DNA of 64,000 nucleotides from Candidatus Wolfebacteria bacterium GW2011_GWA1_44_24 (lineage in GTDB: Bacteria > Patescibacteriota > Minisyncoccia > UBA6257 > UBA9933). The stretch is from positions 300,710-364,709 of the forward strand of contig LCIO01000001.1 of assembly GCA_001001115.1 (NCBI GenBank), in the 5' to 3' direction. Below, one piece after another: positions 47,484 to 57,927 of the stretch (position 1 is its first letter; every line of letters begins with the position of its first letter). Both the position numbers and the translations under genes were made by a program. The notes beneath the pieces were generated by a model, which worked only from the letters and a program-made list of their open reading frames with translations, had not been told where the DNA came from and made no database searches.

Positions 47484-50400
47484 ATAACTCCATCGCGCTT
47501 TGAACAATGAGTTTCGGCTCGTCGTCTTTCCACGACAATCGTCCTTCAACAATTAAAATTTTATTTTCCTGCCACAAGGCGGGATTTTTTGAAAAAGTAT
47601 CGGAAAAAATCAATACTTCCATATTGTCGTTTGAATCTTCGATTTTGGCGAAAATCATCGGCTGGCCGTTTTTAGTGACAATTTTCTGGATTTTAGTAAT
47701 CACGCCGGCGATACGATAAACGCCGCCAATCTCTTTTTTGCCGCTCATCAATCCGAAAAGTTTCGGGTCTTTCATGGTTTTAATTTCTTTAATCGGCTTG
47801 ATTTTTTTTATTTTAAGGACATCAATATATTCTTTCATGGGATGGTCGGAAATATACAAGCCGACCAGTTCTTTTTCCCAAAGCAGTTTTTCTTTGTTGG
47901 AAGCCGCCGGAGCGGGTTTTAATTTTAAAGAAGCAATGGCATAATCCGAGCCGAAAAGGCTGTTTTGGGAAGAAATAGCCGCTTTTCTGGCATTCTGGCT
48001 GAAAGCCAGAATTTCTTCAATATTGGACAAGAGCGCGCCCCTTTCAATATCCAGCGAATCAAAAACTCCGGCTTTAATCGAACTTTCCAGGGATTTTTTG
48101 TTTAAATCTTTGTGGCGCGCCCGGTTCAGAAAATCAGCGAAATTTTGAAAAGAGCCGTTTCTGATTCTTTCTTCGATAATCGCTTCCACGACGGCGGCGC
48201 CGACATTTTTAATCGCTAAAAGTCCGAAGCGGATATTTTTTTCTTCCGGCGCGAAATTGACGAAACTTTTGTTGATATCCGGCGGCAGAACTTGAACGCC
48301 GATTTTTTTAGCTTCATCAATTAGAAATGAAATTCTTTCCACATCGCCGCTTTCGGCGTTAAATAAAGATGTCATGAATTCAACGGGATAATGGGCTTTA
48401 AGATAAGCGGTTTGATAGCTGATTAAGGCGTAGCAGACGGCATGACTTCTGTTAAATCCGTATCGGGCGAAAGGCGGAAACAATTCCCAGATGGCTTCGG
48501 CGGTTTTTTGCTCAATGCCGTTTTTCAGCATTCCATTTATCAGTTTTTCTTTTTGGGCGTCCAGGAGGGATTTTATTTTCTTGCCGATAGCTTTGCGCAG
48601 AGTGTCGGCTTCGGACAGGGTAAAGCCGGCCAAATCCCGGGCGATTCGCATCATTTGTTCCTGATAAACGCCGATGCCGTAAGTTTTTTCAAAAATCGGC
48701 TCAAGTTTTGGATGAAGATGGGAAATTTTTTCAAGACCGTGTTTTCTTTTAACGTATTTCGGAATAAGTTCCATCGGGCCGGGCCGGTAAAGGGCGACCA
48801 TCGCGACAATATCTTCAAATTCCGTCGGCTTCAATTCTTTCAGCCATCGCCGCATGCCGTCGGATTCAAACTGAAAGACCGAAACCGTCTCGCCTTTTTG
48901 GAATAACTCAAAAGTTTTTTTGTTATCAAGCGGAATTTTGGCAATGTCGACTTCCTCGTTTTTCATTTCTTTAATAAGCCGGACGGTTTCTTCGATAATG
49001 GTTAGATTTTTCAATCCCAAAAAATCCATTTTTAAAAGGCCCAAATCTTCAACACTTTCCATTTCAAATTGAGTGATGATAATGTTTTGATTTTGGGGCG
49101 CGTATTGAAGCGGCGTGTAATTTGTCAGCGGTTCCTTGGAAATGACGATGCCGCAAGCGTGAACCGAAGCGTGGCGAGCCACGCCCTCAAGGTGTTTTGC
49201 CGCGTCGATGATTTTTTGGGCGTCGTGATTGCTACTGTACAGAGCGTTTAATTCTTTGATGTTTTCCATCGCTTCGGTCAGATTTTGATTAAAAGGAATC
49301 AGTTTGGCTATTTGGTCGCCCAGGGCGTAGGGGAAATCCATAGCGCGAGTGGCGTCTCTAATAGCGGCCCGGGCCGCCATTGTTCCGAAGGTGATGATTT
49401 GCGCCACTTTGTTTTCGCCATATTTTTGCCGGACATAGGCGAAAATTTCGTCCCGCCGGCTGTCGGCAAAATCAATGTCAATATCCGGCATCGCGATTCT
49501 TTCCGGATTCAAAAATCTTTCGAAAAGCAAGTCGTATTTTAACGGGTCAACGCCGGTGATTCCCAAAACATAAGAAACTAAACTGCCGGCTGCCGAGCCG
49601 CGGCCGGGTCCGACCGCAATACCGCGTTCTTTGGCCCAATTGACGATATCTTGGACAATCAAAAAATAATCGGCAAAATTGGTTTTTTCAATGACATCAA
49701 GTTCGTGTTTCAGGCGTTCTTTCAATTTTTCGTCCGGATTCGGAAATTTTTCCGGAAGTTTTTCCGCTATCAATTTTTCCAAATACTGGTTGGCGTTGAC
49801 GGATTTTTCAAGAGGGAAAGACGGCAAAAGAATTTGTCCGAGTTTAATATTGACATTGCAGCGTTCGGCGATTTTTGCCGTGTTTTCAACGGCTTCGGGG
49901 AAATCTTCGAATAATTTCGTTGCTTCTTCGGCTGAAAACATTGAAAAATCGTCGATTTTGAGCGTCAGCCGGTCGTCATCGCTTAATTTATTGCCGGTTT
50001 GCACCGCCAGTAAAATATCCTGATATTGGGCGTCTTCGGGCCTGATATAATGGATGTCTTGAGTGGCGACAAGGGGGATGCCGGTTTGGCGGGAAATTTT
50101 TGTTATTTCTTTTTTGACTTTGACGACTTCCGGGATATTGGGGTGTTCGCCGATTTCAAGAAAAAAATTTCCATTGCCGAAAATTTCGGAATATTCTTTG
50201 ACGACTTTTTCGGCTTCCTCAAAATTTTCCCGCAAAATAAGCTGGGGAATTTCTCCTCTGGGACAGCCGCTTAAAGCGATAAGCCCCTCGCGATGTTGTT
50301 TTAAGAGTTCTTTGTCTACCCGCGGTTTGTAATAGAATCCTTCCAGATTGGCTTTGGTGACCAATTGAATCAGATTTTGCCAGCCGGCGTTGTTTTCCGC

Positions 50401-50676
50401 CAAAAGTGTCAAATGAAAATATTTGTCGTTGTTTTTGCCGGCTTCTTTGTCGAATCGGCTGGCCGGCGCCACATAAATTTCCGTTCCTAAAATTGGCTTA
50501 ATTCCTTCTTTAAGCGCTTTTTTATAAAATTCAATTGCGCCGTAAAGATTGCCGTGGTCCGTTAGAGCCAGAGCTTCCATTTTCAGTTCTTTGGCGCGGC
50601 CGATAAGGTCGTCAATTTTAGCCAAGCCGTCTAACAGAGAATAATGGCTATGAGTATGGAGGTGAACGAATTTCAT
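47482..50676 (-). CDS. dnaE: DNA polymerase III alpha subunit
   Basis: HLHTHSHYSLLDG, GRGSAAGS, PDIDID, YGFNRSH. Confidence 0.98.
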   Translation of the reverse strand: MKFVHLHTHSHYSLLDGLAKIDDLIGRAKELKMEALALTDHGNLYGAIEFYKKALKEGIKPILGTEIYVAPASRFDKEAGKNNDKYFHLTLLAENNAGWQNLIQLVTKANLEGFYYKPRVDKELLKQHREGLIALSGCPRGEIPQLILRENFEEAEKVVKEYSEIFGNGNFFLEIGEHPNIPEVVKVKKEITKISRQTGIPLVATQDIHYIRPEDAQYQDILLAVQTGNKLSDDDRLTLKIDDFSMFSAEEATKLFEDFPEAVENTAKIAERCNVNIKLGQILLPSFPLEKSVNANQYLEKLIAEKLPEKFPNPDEKLKERLKHELDVIEKTNFADYFLIVQDIVNWAKERGIAVGPGRGSAAGSLVSYVLGITGVDPLKYDLLFERFLNPERIAMPDIDIDFADSRRDEIFAYVRQKYGENKVAQIITFGTMAARAAIRDATRAMDFPYALGDQIAKLIPFNQNLTEAMENIKELNALYSSNHDAQKIIDAAKHLEGVARHASVHACGIVISKEPLTNYTPLQYAPQNQNIIITQFEMESVEDLGLLKMDFLGLKNLTIIEETVRLIKEMKNEEVDIAKIPLDNKKTFELFQKGETVSVFQFESDGMRRWLKELKPTEFEDIVAMVALYRPGPMELIPKYVKRKHGLEKISHLHPKLEPIFEKTYGIGVYQEQMMRIARDLAGFTLSEADTLRKAIGKKIKSLLDAQKEKLINGMLKNGIEQKTAEAIWELFPPFARYGFNRSHAVCYALISYQTAYLKAHYPVEFMTSLFNAESGDVERISFLIDEAKKIGVQVLPPDINKSFVNFAPEEKNIRFGLLAIKNVGAAVVEAIIEERIRNGSFQNFADFLNRARHKDLNKKSLESSIKAGVFDSLDIERGALLSNIEEILAFSQNARKAAISSQNSLFGSDYAIASLKLKPAPAASNKEKLLWEKELVGLYISDHPMKEYIDVLKIKKIKPIKEIKTMKDPKLFGLMSGKKEIGGVYRIAGVITKIQKIVTKNGQPMIFAKIEDSNDNMEVLIFSDTFSKNPALWQENKILIVEGRLSWKDDEPKLIVQSAMEL

Positions 50677-50759
50677 AATTCATATATTACTATAAAGTTA
50701 AAGAGGATTAAAACAAATAGGGAACTTGAGAAAACGCCGATAATCTTATAGAATTGAAT

Positions 50760-51728
50760 ATGTCAAAAGTTTTCATTACGCGAAAAATTCCGGAAGCTGG
50801 CGCAAAATTATTAAAAGAGAAGGGTTGCGAAGTCGATATCAGCGCTAAAGACGGGGTTTTGACCAAAGAAGAATTGATGTTCGCGCTTCGCGGCAAAAAA
50901 TACGATGCCGTGCTTTGCCTTTTAACCGATAAAATCGACGGAGATGTTTTTGAATCCGCCGGGTCGCAGTGTAAAATTTTTGCAAATTTTGCCGTTGGTT
51001 TTGACAATATTGATTTGGCGACTGCCAAAGAAAAAGGAATATTGATAACGAATACGCCGGGGGTGCTGACGGAAACCGTGGCAGAACATACTTTTGCCTT
51101 AGTGCTGGCCATAGCTCATCGAATCGCCGAATCCGACCGTTTTACCCGTAACGGGAAATATGTGGGTTGGCAGCCGATGCTTTTTTTGGGGACAGACGTT
51201 TCCAGAAAAACGTTGGGAATTGTCGGTTTGGGGAGAATCGGTTCGCGGGTGGCTTATCACGCGGGCAAGGGATTCGAAATGAAGATTTTATATTATGACC
51301 CGAAGCCTAATCCGGCTTTTGAAAAAGAATTCGGAGCGCGATTCGTTGATTTAGAAACTCTTCTTAAGGAATCTGATTTTATTTCCATTCACGTGCCGCT
51401 CTTGCCGGAGACCCGCCATTTAATCGGAGAAAATCAATTAAAAATGATGAAAAAAAACGCTTATCTGATAAATACTTCCCGCGGCCCGATTATAGACGAA
51501 AAAGCTTTGGTTCAAGCGCTGAAAGAAAATTGGATTCGCGGCGCGGCTTTGGATGTTTATGAAAACGAGCCGGCTTTAGCGCCCGGTTTGGCGGAATTGG
51601 ACAACGTTATTTTAACTTCCCATATTGCTTCGGCCACCGAAGAAACGCGGGCAAAAATGTCCGAATTGGCGGCAACGAATATCATTGAAGCGCTTGAAGG
51701 CAGAATGCCGCCGAATTTGGTCAAATAA
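50760..51728 (+). CDS. D-glycerate dehydrogenase/glyoxylate reductase family
   Basis: AVGFDNID, NTPGVL, GLGRIG, NTSRG, LDVYENEP, HIASA. Confidence 0.92.
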   Translation: MSKVFITRKIPEAGAKLLKEKGCEVDISAKDGVLTKEELMFALRGKKYDAVLCLLTDKIDGDVFESAGSQCKIFANFAVGFDNIDLATAKEKGILITNTPGVLTETVAEHTFALVLAIAHRIAESDRFTRNGKYVGWQPMLFLGTDVSRKTLGIVGLGRIGSRVAYHAGKGFEMKILYYDPKPNPAFEKEFGARFVDLETLLKESDFISIHVPLLPETRHLIGENQLKMMKKNAYLINTSRGPIIDEKALVQALKENWIRGAALDVYENEPALAPGLAELDNVILTSHIASATEETRAKMSELAATNIIEALEGRMPPNLVK

Positions 51729-51729
51729 C

Positions 51730-52104
51730 ATGGTTTTTATCTACATCTTTAATCGTTTTCTTTATCGCATTAAGGAATTTTTCCGTCATTGGTACGTTAA
51801 AAGTTTTTTTATTTACACCCATTTCGTTATTTCTTTGCTGGAAAAAATTGACCGTTATTTCGCTTTCAAAATAACTTTGCGCCATCTTTTTGTCCCCCTG
51901 TATCTTGACAGGAGCGTTATCGGTTATATCTTGGGCTTTATTTTCAGGCTGGGAAGGTTGATTTTTGGAGGGACGGTTTATTTGTTGATTATTCCGGCGG
52001 CCGTATTTTTTTATCTTGTTTGGCTGGGAATACCGTTTTATGTCGGCTATCGGATAATTTTTGATTATGTTGGACTTGGACCTCAAAAATTTATCTTTTT
52101 CTGA
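51730..52104 (+). CDS. Small membrane protein upstream of the Clp ATPase
   Basis: LRHLFVPLY + 2 TM; ATG 51730. Confidence 0.75.
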   Translation: MVFIYIFNRFLYRIKEFFRHWYVKSFFIYTHFVISLLEKIDRYFAFKITLRHLFVPLYLDRSVIGYILGFIFRLGRLIFGGTVYLLIIPAAVFFYLVWLGIPFYVGYRIIFDYVGLGPQKFIFF

Positions 52105-54619
52105 GCCGCGGCTTCAATTTAGCGCTGTTTCGCGTTTTTTGATACGGCTGGTTTGTTATTCTTTTTACGCGGTTTTGGCGGTTTCAGCCGTCACTTTTCT
52201 GCTTTCCGATATCGAGCGGCTTTTTTGGTCGGGAATTTTAATTTCTCTTTTTTTAGCCGATCGTTTGAGACATCGCGGCGAGGCCGAAAGGTCAACCGTT
52301 GAATTATTGCGGCATTTGCCGAGATTAAACCGCCGCAAGGAAAATATTTTCAGCGCCGAAATCCGCAACACCGCTTATTATCTGATGCCATCAAGTCTTT
52401 CCGTGTTGGAAAGAGCCCAGGATAAAACCTTGATTCTCGGCGGAGATTTTTATCTCTATCTGGTGAAATTTTTAATTCAATTGCCAGAAGTAAAAAAGGG
52501 ATTATTGCGGATGGATGTCCAAATAGACGATTTTGGGCAAAAAATTGAAGAGTTTATCGAGTCCGGAGAAAACAGAAAAATAAAAATTTCCAAGGAAGAT
52601 TGTTTGAAAAATATAGAAATAATCGTCAAGTCGGCTTTTTTGTCGGCCCTCGACTCGAAAAATTCTTTTATCGAACCGGTTAATTTATTTGCGGCGTTTG
52701 AAAACGCCGGTAGCCTGATCGTTAACAGGCTTTTTAATATATTCGATATCAATCCGGCTGATTTGGAATACGCCATTATTTTCAGCCGTTATGGAAGTTT
52801 TTGGAGCCGATTGCCGAAAACTCTCGGCGGATTTATTTCTCAACCGCGCCGATTAAGGCATCGGGTGATGAATCGCGCCTGGACTAGCCGTCCAACGCCG
52901 ACACTCGACGCTTTTGGCGTTGATTACACCGATTTGGCGCGTTCAAGAGAAATCGGTTTTTTAATCGGTCATCAGCAGGAATATGATCGGTTGGTTGATG
53001 TTTTGTCGCGGCCAACCAAACCTAACGCTTTGCTGGTCGGCGAACCGGGCAGCGGCAAAGAAGCTGTTGTCAAGTCATTGGCTTTCGCCCTGATTAAAGA
53101 CGAAGTGCCGGAAGCGATTTTTGACAAACGTCTGGTGTCTTTGGAAATCGGCCGTTTGGTTTCCGGCGCGAAAACCGAAGAAATTTCGAGCCGTTTGAAT
53201 AAAATTGTTGAAGAAATAATTATCAGCGACAATGTCATTCTTTATATTCCCGATATCCATAATCTGGCTAAAACTTCCAGTGAAGGAGTGATGAGCGCGG
53301 CTGATATTCTGATGCCGATTGTCAGCAATGACGCTTTTCCGCTTATCGGTGCCGCTTATTCGAGGGAGTTTAAGCAATTTATCGAGCCGTTAAGCGATTT
53401 TTCAAATGCTTTTGAAATCATCCGAATTGAAGAAATTTCCGAAGCTGAAGCCGTAAAAATATTGACTTACGAGAGTTTAATTTTGGAAAAGCAATATAAA
53501 CTGACCATTAGTTTCGGCGCCATAAAACAAGCGGCGTTATTGGCTCATAAATATTTCCGGCAGAAATTATTGCCCTCAAGCGCCGAGGACTTGCTCAAAG
53601 AATCATTGGCTTACGCGAGTCAGCGCGGAGACAAACTGCTTCAAGCAGATGATGTTATTGCGGTGGCGGAGAGGAAAATCAACGTGCCGCTTCACGCGCC
53701 GGGAAAAGGAGAGGCGGAGAAATTGCTCAATCTTGAGGATTCAATCCATCAATTTTTAATAGACCAGGAAACGGCGGTTTCGGCAGTAGCTCGGGCTTTA
53801 AGGGAATATCGCAGCGGTTTGTCCCGTAAGGGAGGGCCGATCGCCGCGTTTTTGTTCGTGGGGCCGACCGGCGTCGGCAAGACCGAATTGTCAAAAATTC
53901 TAGCGAAAATCCAGTTCGGCTCCGAAGCCGCGATGGTTCGTTTTGATATGTCCGAATATCAAACTCGGGAAAGCATTTCAAGATTTATCGGCTCAAGCGA
54001 CGCTCAAATCGCCGGCGCTCTAACAGAAGCGATTATTCAAAAGCCTTATAGTTTGATTTTGCTTGATGAGTTTGAAAAAGCCCATCCGGATATTTTGAAT
54101 TTGTTTTTGCAGGTTTTTGACGACGGCCGCTTGACCGACAGTTTGAACAGAACGGTTGATTTCACCAATACAATTATCATCGCCACCTCCAATGCCCATT
54201 CCAATTTCATTAAAGAACAAATTGAAGCCGGAGAGAAAATCGAAAAAATCGGGGAAGAATTAAAGAAAAAACTCACCGAATATTTTAAGCCGGAGTTGCT
54301 GAACCGCTTTTCCCAGATTGTGGTTTTCAAAAATCTTTCAGCAGTCGACATTGAAGCCATCGCGCGACTCCAATTAAAATCTTTGGCAAAAATTCTTGAA
54401 GAAACAAATGGCATCGGCTTGGATTTTGACGAAGCAACGGTAAAAAAAATCGCGGAACTCGGCTATGATCCGGTTTTCGGCGCCCGGCCTTTGCGCGGCG
54501 TGATTTCGGAAAAATTGAGGAGTCCTTTGGCGGAAAAAATTTTAAGAAGAGAAATTGTCAAAGGCAACAGCGTCAGAATTGTTTTGGAAGACGAGGGGAT
54601 AAAGTTTATAGTCGGTTGA
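52067..54619 (+). CDS. ClpA/ClpB-family AAA+ ATPase with N-terminal TM segments
   Basis: TPTLDAFGVDYT, GEPGSGK, GPTGVGKT, LLDEFEKAH, FGARPL. Confidence 0.9.
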   Translation: MLDLDLKNLSFSEPRLQFSAVSRFLIRLVCYSFYAVLAVSAVTFLLSDIERLFWSGILISLFLADRLRHRGEAERSTVELLRHLPRLNRRKENIFSAEIRNTAYYLMPSSLSVLERAQDKTLILGGDFYLYLVKFLIQLPEVKKGLLRMDVQIDDFGQKIEEFIESGENRKIKISKEDCLKNIEIIVKSAFLSALDSKNSFIEPVNLFAAFENAGSLIVNRLFNIFDINPADLEYAIIFSRYGSFWSRLPKTLGGFISQPRRLRHRVMNRAWTSRPTPTLDAFGVDYTDLARSREIGFLIGHQQEYDRLVDVLSRPTKPNALLVGEPGSGKEAVVKSLAFALIKDEVPEAIFDKRLVSLEIGRLVSGAKTEEISSRLNKIVEEIIISDNVILYIPDIHNLAKTSSEGVMSAADILMPIVSNDAFPLIGAAYSREFKQFIEPLSDFSNAFEIIRIEEISEAEAVKILTYESLILEKQYKLTISFGAIKQAALLAHKYFRQKLLPSSAEDLLKESLAYASQRGDKLLQADDVIAVAERKINVPLHAPGKGEAEKLLNLEDSIHQFLIDQETAVSAVARALREYRSGLSRKGGPIAAFLFVGPTGVGKTELSKILAKIQFGSEAAMVRFDMSEYQTRESISRFIGSSDAQIAGALTEAIIQKPYSLILLDEFEKAHPDILNLFLQVFDDGRLTDSLNRTVDFTNTIIIATSNAHSNFIKEQIEAGEKIEKIGEELKKKLTEYFKPELLNRFSQIVVFKNLSAVDIEAIARLQLKSLAKILEETNGIGLDFDEATVKKIAELGYDPVFGARPLRGVISEKLRSPLAEKILRREIVKGNSVRIVLEDEGIKFIVG

Positions 54620-54624
54620 AAATA

Positions 54625-54653
54625 TTGATTTCTCGCCGCATTTGTGATAATCT
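54625..54653 (+). promoter_or_regulatory. Cassette promoter
   Basis: TTGATT-17nt-TAATCT with extended -10 TG. Confidence 0.55.
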
Positions 54654-54718
54654 GATTTGAATCAAAAGGCATTTAATTGTTTTTTTGTTTTTTTAATAAA
54701 TTAAAAAGGAGGAAATAA

Positions 54719-55123
54719 ATGGAGGGGGCGAAAAAAACAGATAAGAGAGTGCTCATAGTTGATGATGAAGAAAGCCTTAGGGTAGGGCTTTCTTATCTCA
54801 TTAAGGAGAATATCGGCGGCTATGAAGTATTAATTGCCGACAGCGCCGAAAAAGCGATTGAGATTTTATTCTCAGGGGAGAAGATAGACATACTCCTGAC
54901 TGATTTCAGGTTTCGACTGAAGGGGAAAAACGGCATTGAATTAATCTGCTATACCAAAATTCAGTACCCCTTCATTATCAGGGCGATTTTGATGTCCGAC
55001 TTTATCAACGAAATAGACGAAAGAATCGCTAAAGAAGCAGGAGTCGATGATATTCTTCGCAAGCCCTTTTCACTCGATGTATTGGAAGGAGCTTTAAGGG
55101 GACTGTTGCCTGCCAATTTATGA
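54719..55123 (+). CDS. Single-domain response regulator (REC)
   Basis: VLIVDDE, ILLTD, LMS, LRKPF; SD AAGGAGG. Confidence 0.9.
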   Translation: MEGAKKTDKRVLIVDDEESLRVGLSYLIKENIGGYEVLIADSAEKAIEILFSGEKIDILLTDFRFRLKGKNGIELICYTKIQYPFIIRAILMSDFINEIDERIAKEAGVDDILRKPFSLDVLEGALRGLLPANL

Positions 55124-55142
55124 AGTTTACGAAACTGATTTT

Positions 55143-55174
55143 GGCGCCATTTTTAATTAGAATGGTGCCTTTTT
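55143..55174 (+). terminator. Intrinsic terminator
   Basis: GGCGCCATT/AATGGTGCC + T5. Confidence 0.7.
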
Positions 55175-55211
55175 ATTTTATTCAATTAAAAATATAATTA
55201 TCTAAAAGAGT

Positions 55212-56963
55212 ATGCTTAACCAGGAAATAGCCAAAATTTTTTATCAGATCGCTCAATATCTTGAAATTGAGGGCGTTGCTTTCAAGCCGCAGGCGTATGA
55301 GAAGGTGGCAATGAATTTGGAAATATTAAGCGAGAATATTTCCGACATTTATAGAAAAGGCGGACTTGGGGCGTTGGAACAGATTCCCGGCATCGGCAAA
55401 AGTATAGCGGAAAAAATCGAGGAATATATGAAAACCGGAAAAATCAAAGAATACGAGAAATTAAAAAAGAAAATTCCGGTTAATATCGAAGAATTAACGG
55501 CGGTTGAGGGAATCGGTCCCAAGAAAATCAAAATTTTATATCAGAAATTAAAGATTAAAAATCTGAAAGACCTGGAAAAAGCCGCCAAAGCCCGTAAAAT
55601 CGCGCCCCTATTCGGTTTCGGCGAAAAAACCGAAAAAAATATTTTGGAAGGCATAGAATTTTTGAAGCGAAGCAGGGGGAGATTTTTGCTTGGAGAGATT
55701 TTGCCGACAGTGGAAGAAATAATCAGGAAACTGGAAAAATTAAAAGAAGTGAAAATAATTTCGCCGGCCGGTTCGGTCAGAAGAATGAAAGAAACCGTCG
55801 GCGATGTTGATATTTTGGCGATTGTCGAAAATCCCGAAAGAATTATGGATTATTTCGTTTCTTTGCCGGAAGTTGTAAAAATTTGGAGTAAAGGACCGAC
55901 AAAAGCGTCAGTAAGGATGTCTCGGGGGTTTGATATTGATTTGCGGGTTTTGCCGGAAAAAAGTTTTGGTTCGGCGCTTCAATATTTCACCGGTTCAAAA
56001 GAACATAACATCGCGTTGCGGAAAATAGCCATTGATAAGGGATTGAAATTGTCCGAATACGGCCTTTTCAAGCGGACATCCGCCGGCTGGCGGATGATTG
56101 CCGGCGAAACAGAAGAAGAAATTTACGAAAAATTAGGGCTTAAATTGATTCCGCCGGAGATGCGGGAAAATTCCGGAGAAATTGAAGCGGCTTTGGCGGG
56201 AAAATTGCCGAGAATAATCGGTTATGGCGATATTTTAGGGGATTTGCACGTTCATTCGGATTGGAACGGCGGCAAGAATTCAATCGAAGAATTGGCCAAA
56301 GTGGCGATGGCAATGGGCTATCAATATATCGGCATTTCCGACCACACAAAATTTCTGGCAATTGAACACGGGCTTGATGAAAAAAAATTGGAAAAGCGGA
56401 ATAAAGAAATAGACAGGTTGAATGTCAAATTTAAAAGTCAGTTGTCAGGGGTCAGGGGTCAAATGTTTAGTATTTTAAAGGGTTGCGAAGCCAATATAAT
56501 GGCCGACGGCTCGATTGATATAAAAGACAAGGCTTTGGCAAAATTGGATTATGTAATTGCCGGCGTTCATTCGCAGATGAAAATGCCCAAAGAAAAAATG
56601 ACCGAAAGAATCATTAAGGCAATGGGAAATCCTCATGTTGATATAATTTCCCATCCGACCGGTCGGCTTATCGGCAGGCGCGACGAATATGAAATTGATT
56701 TTGACAAGATTTTGAAAGTTGCCGGAGAAACCGGCACGGTTTTGGAAATCAACGCTAATCCGCATAGATTGGATTTGAAAGATGTTAATATCAGGAAAGC
56801 CAAAAAAGCTGGCGTAAAATTGGTTATCAATAGCGATGCCCACCATAAAGACCAATTGAATCTTATGGAGTATGGCGTTAATCAAGCTTGCCGCGGCTGG
56901 GCCGAGAAAAATGATATTGTTAATTGCTGGCCGGCGAAGAAGATGTTAAAAATGTTAAAATAA
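55212..56963 (+). CDS. polX: DNA polymerase X with PHP domain
   Basis: GSVRRMKETVGDVDIL, YFTGSKEHN, DLHVHS, HPTGR, NSDAH. Confidence 0.95.
   Translation: MLNQEIAKIFYQIAQYLEIEGVAFKPQAYEKVAMNLEILSENISDIYRKGGLGALEQIPGIGKSIAEKIEEYMKTGKIKEYEKLKKKIPVNIEELTAVEGIGPKKIKILYQKLKIKNLKDLEKAAKARKIAPLFGFGEKTEKNILEGIEFLKRSRGRFLLGEILPTVEEIIRKLEKLKEVKIISPAGSVRRMKETVGDVDILAIVENPERIMDYFVSLPEVVKIWSKGPTKASVRMSRGFDIDLRVLPEKSFGSALQYFTGSKEHNIALRKIAIDKGLKLSEYGLFKRTSAGWRMIAGETEEEIYEKLGLKLIPPEMRENSGEIEAALAGKLPRIIGYGDILGDLHVHSDWNGGKNSIEELAKVAMAMGYQYIGISDHTKFLAIEHGLDEKKLEKRNKEIDRLNVKFKSQLSGVRGQMFSILKGCEANIMADGSIDIKDKALAKLDYVIAGVHSQMKMPKEKMTERIIKAMGNPHVDIISHPTGRLIGRRDEYEIDFDKILKVAGETGTVLEINANPHRLDLKDVNIRKAKKAGVKLVINSDAHHKDQLNLMEYGVNQACRGWAEKNDIVNCWPAKKMLKMLK
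56077..56096. repeat. GC-rich mini-palindrome inside polX
   Basis: CATCCGCC-GGCT-GGCGGATG. Confidence 0.65.
56424..56464 (+). repeat. Heptamer repeat inside polX
   Basis: GTCAAAT..GTCAGTT GTCAGGG GTCAGGG GTCAAAT, encoding VKFKSQLSGVRGQM. Confidence 0.8.
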
Positions 56964-56967
56964 AATT

Positions 56968-57414
56968 ATGCCAAAAGAAATATCCGCCGGTATAATAATT
57001 TATCACAAAACAAGAGAGGGAATAAAATTTTTACTGCTTTATCACGGCGGCAGTTATTGGAATTTCCCCAAAGGAAAAATCGAAAAAGAAGAAAAAAGTT
57101 TTCAGGCCGCTTTAAGGGAAATTAGGGAAGAAACGGGATTGGGGCAGGGAGACCTTAAATTCAAAAGCAATTTTAAGGTTTACGAAAAATTCACTTTTTG
57201 GCGCCGCATTGTAAATAAAAATGTTAAGGTTTTTAAAATTGTGATTTTTTATTTAGCCGAGACAAAGAATCCGATAATTAAGATTTCCAAAGAACACAAC
57301 GGTTATGGCTGGTTTACTCATCGGGAAGCAATTAAGATTTTAGAAAAATACAAAGACAGCCAGAAGGTTCTAACACAAGCATGCGATTTCCTTCGAAAAG
57401 GAAGACCTATTTGA
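56968..57414 (+). CDS. NUDIX hydrolase (Ap4A hydrolase-like)
   Basis: WNFPKGKIE..AALREIREETGL; SKEH..YGW. Confidence 0.9.
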   Translation: MPKEISAGIIIYHKTREGIKFLLLYHGGSYWNFPKGKIEKEEKSFQAALREIREETGLGQGDLKFKSNFKVYEKFTFWRRIVNKNVKVFKIVIFYLAETKNPIIKISKEHNGYGWFTHREAIKILEKYKDSQKVLTQACDFLRKGRPI

Positions 57415-57751
57415 TTTTTTCAATTACTTTTCCAAAAACTTTTGGTTCGGTTTTAGCCAAGTCAGCTAAAATTTTTCTGTCCAGAATTATATTTTGTTTT
57501 TTCAGGCCGGCGATAAGCCTGCTGTAAGTTAAGCCGGCATTTCTTGCGCCGGCGTTAATTTGAACATTCCAGAGCGCCCGGTAATCCCGTTTTTTTTCTT
57601 TTCGGCCCCGAAAAGCGTGCGTCCAAGCGTGAAGTAGGGCTTCTTTAGCCGCCCGTTCTTTGGACTTTCTTCCCCAGCGGAAACCCTTGGTGTATTTCAG
57701 GATTTTTCTTCTTTTTTTGGTTGCGATTTTGCCGCGTTTAACCCTGGTCAT
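57407..57751 (-). CDS. rplT: 50S ribosomal protein L20
   Basis: MTRVKRG, KKRDYRALW, LDRKILADLA. Confidence 0.97.
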   Translation of the reverse strand: MTRVKRGKIATKKRRKILKYTKGFRWGRKSKERAAKEALLHAWTHAFRGRKEKKRDYRALWNVQINAGARNAGLTYSRLIAGLKKQNIILDRKILADLAKTEPKVFGKVIEKIK

Positions 57752-57753
57752 AA

Positions 57754-57927
57754 TTATAAATATTTTTTTACAATTTTTTTGCTTAAATCGTCAATTCCGC
57801 GTATTTTTTTTCTGCGGTTAAGCTGCGCGCCTCTTTTTTTGGCGCGAAAATGGTCTTGACCCATTGCTCTCCTTATAACTTTCCCGGTTTTGGTTATTCT
57901 AATGCGATTGGAAACAGATTTTTTCAT
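57754..57927 (-). CDS. rpmI: 50S ribosomal protein L35
   Basis: Manual translation MKKSVSNRIRITKTGKVIRRAMGQDHFRAKK...; lies between infC and rplT. Confidence 0.9.
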   Translation of the reverse strand: MKKSVSNRIRITKTGKVIRRAMGQDHFRAKKRGAQLNRRKKIRGIDDLSKKIVKKYL

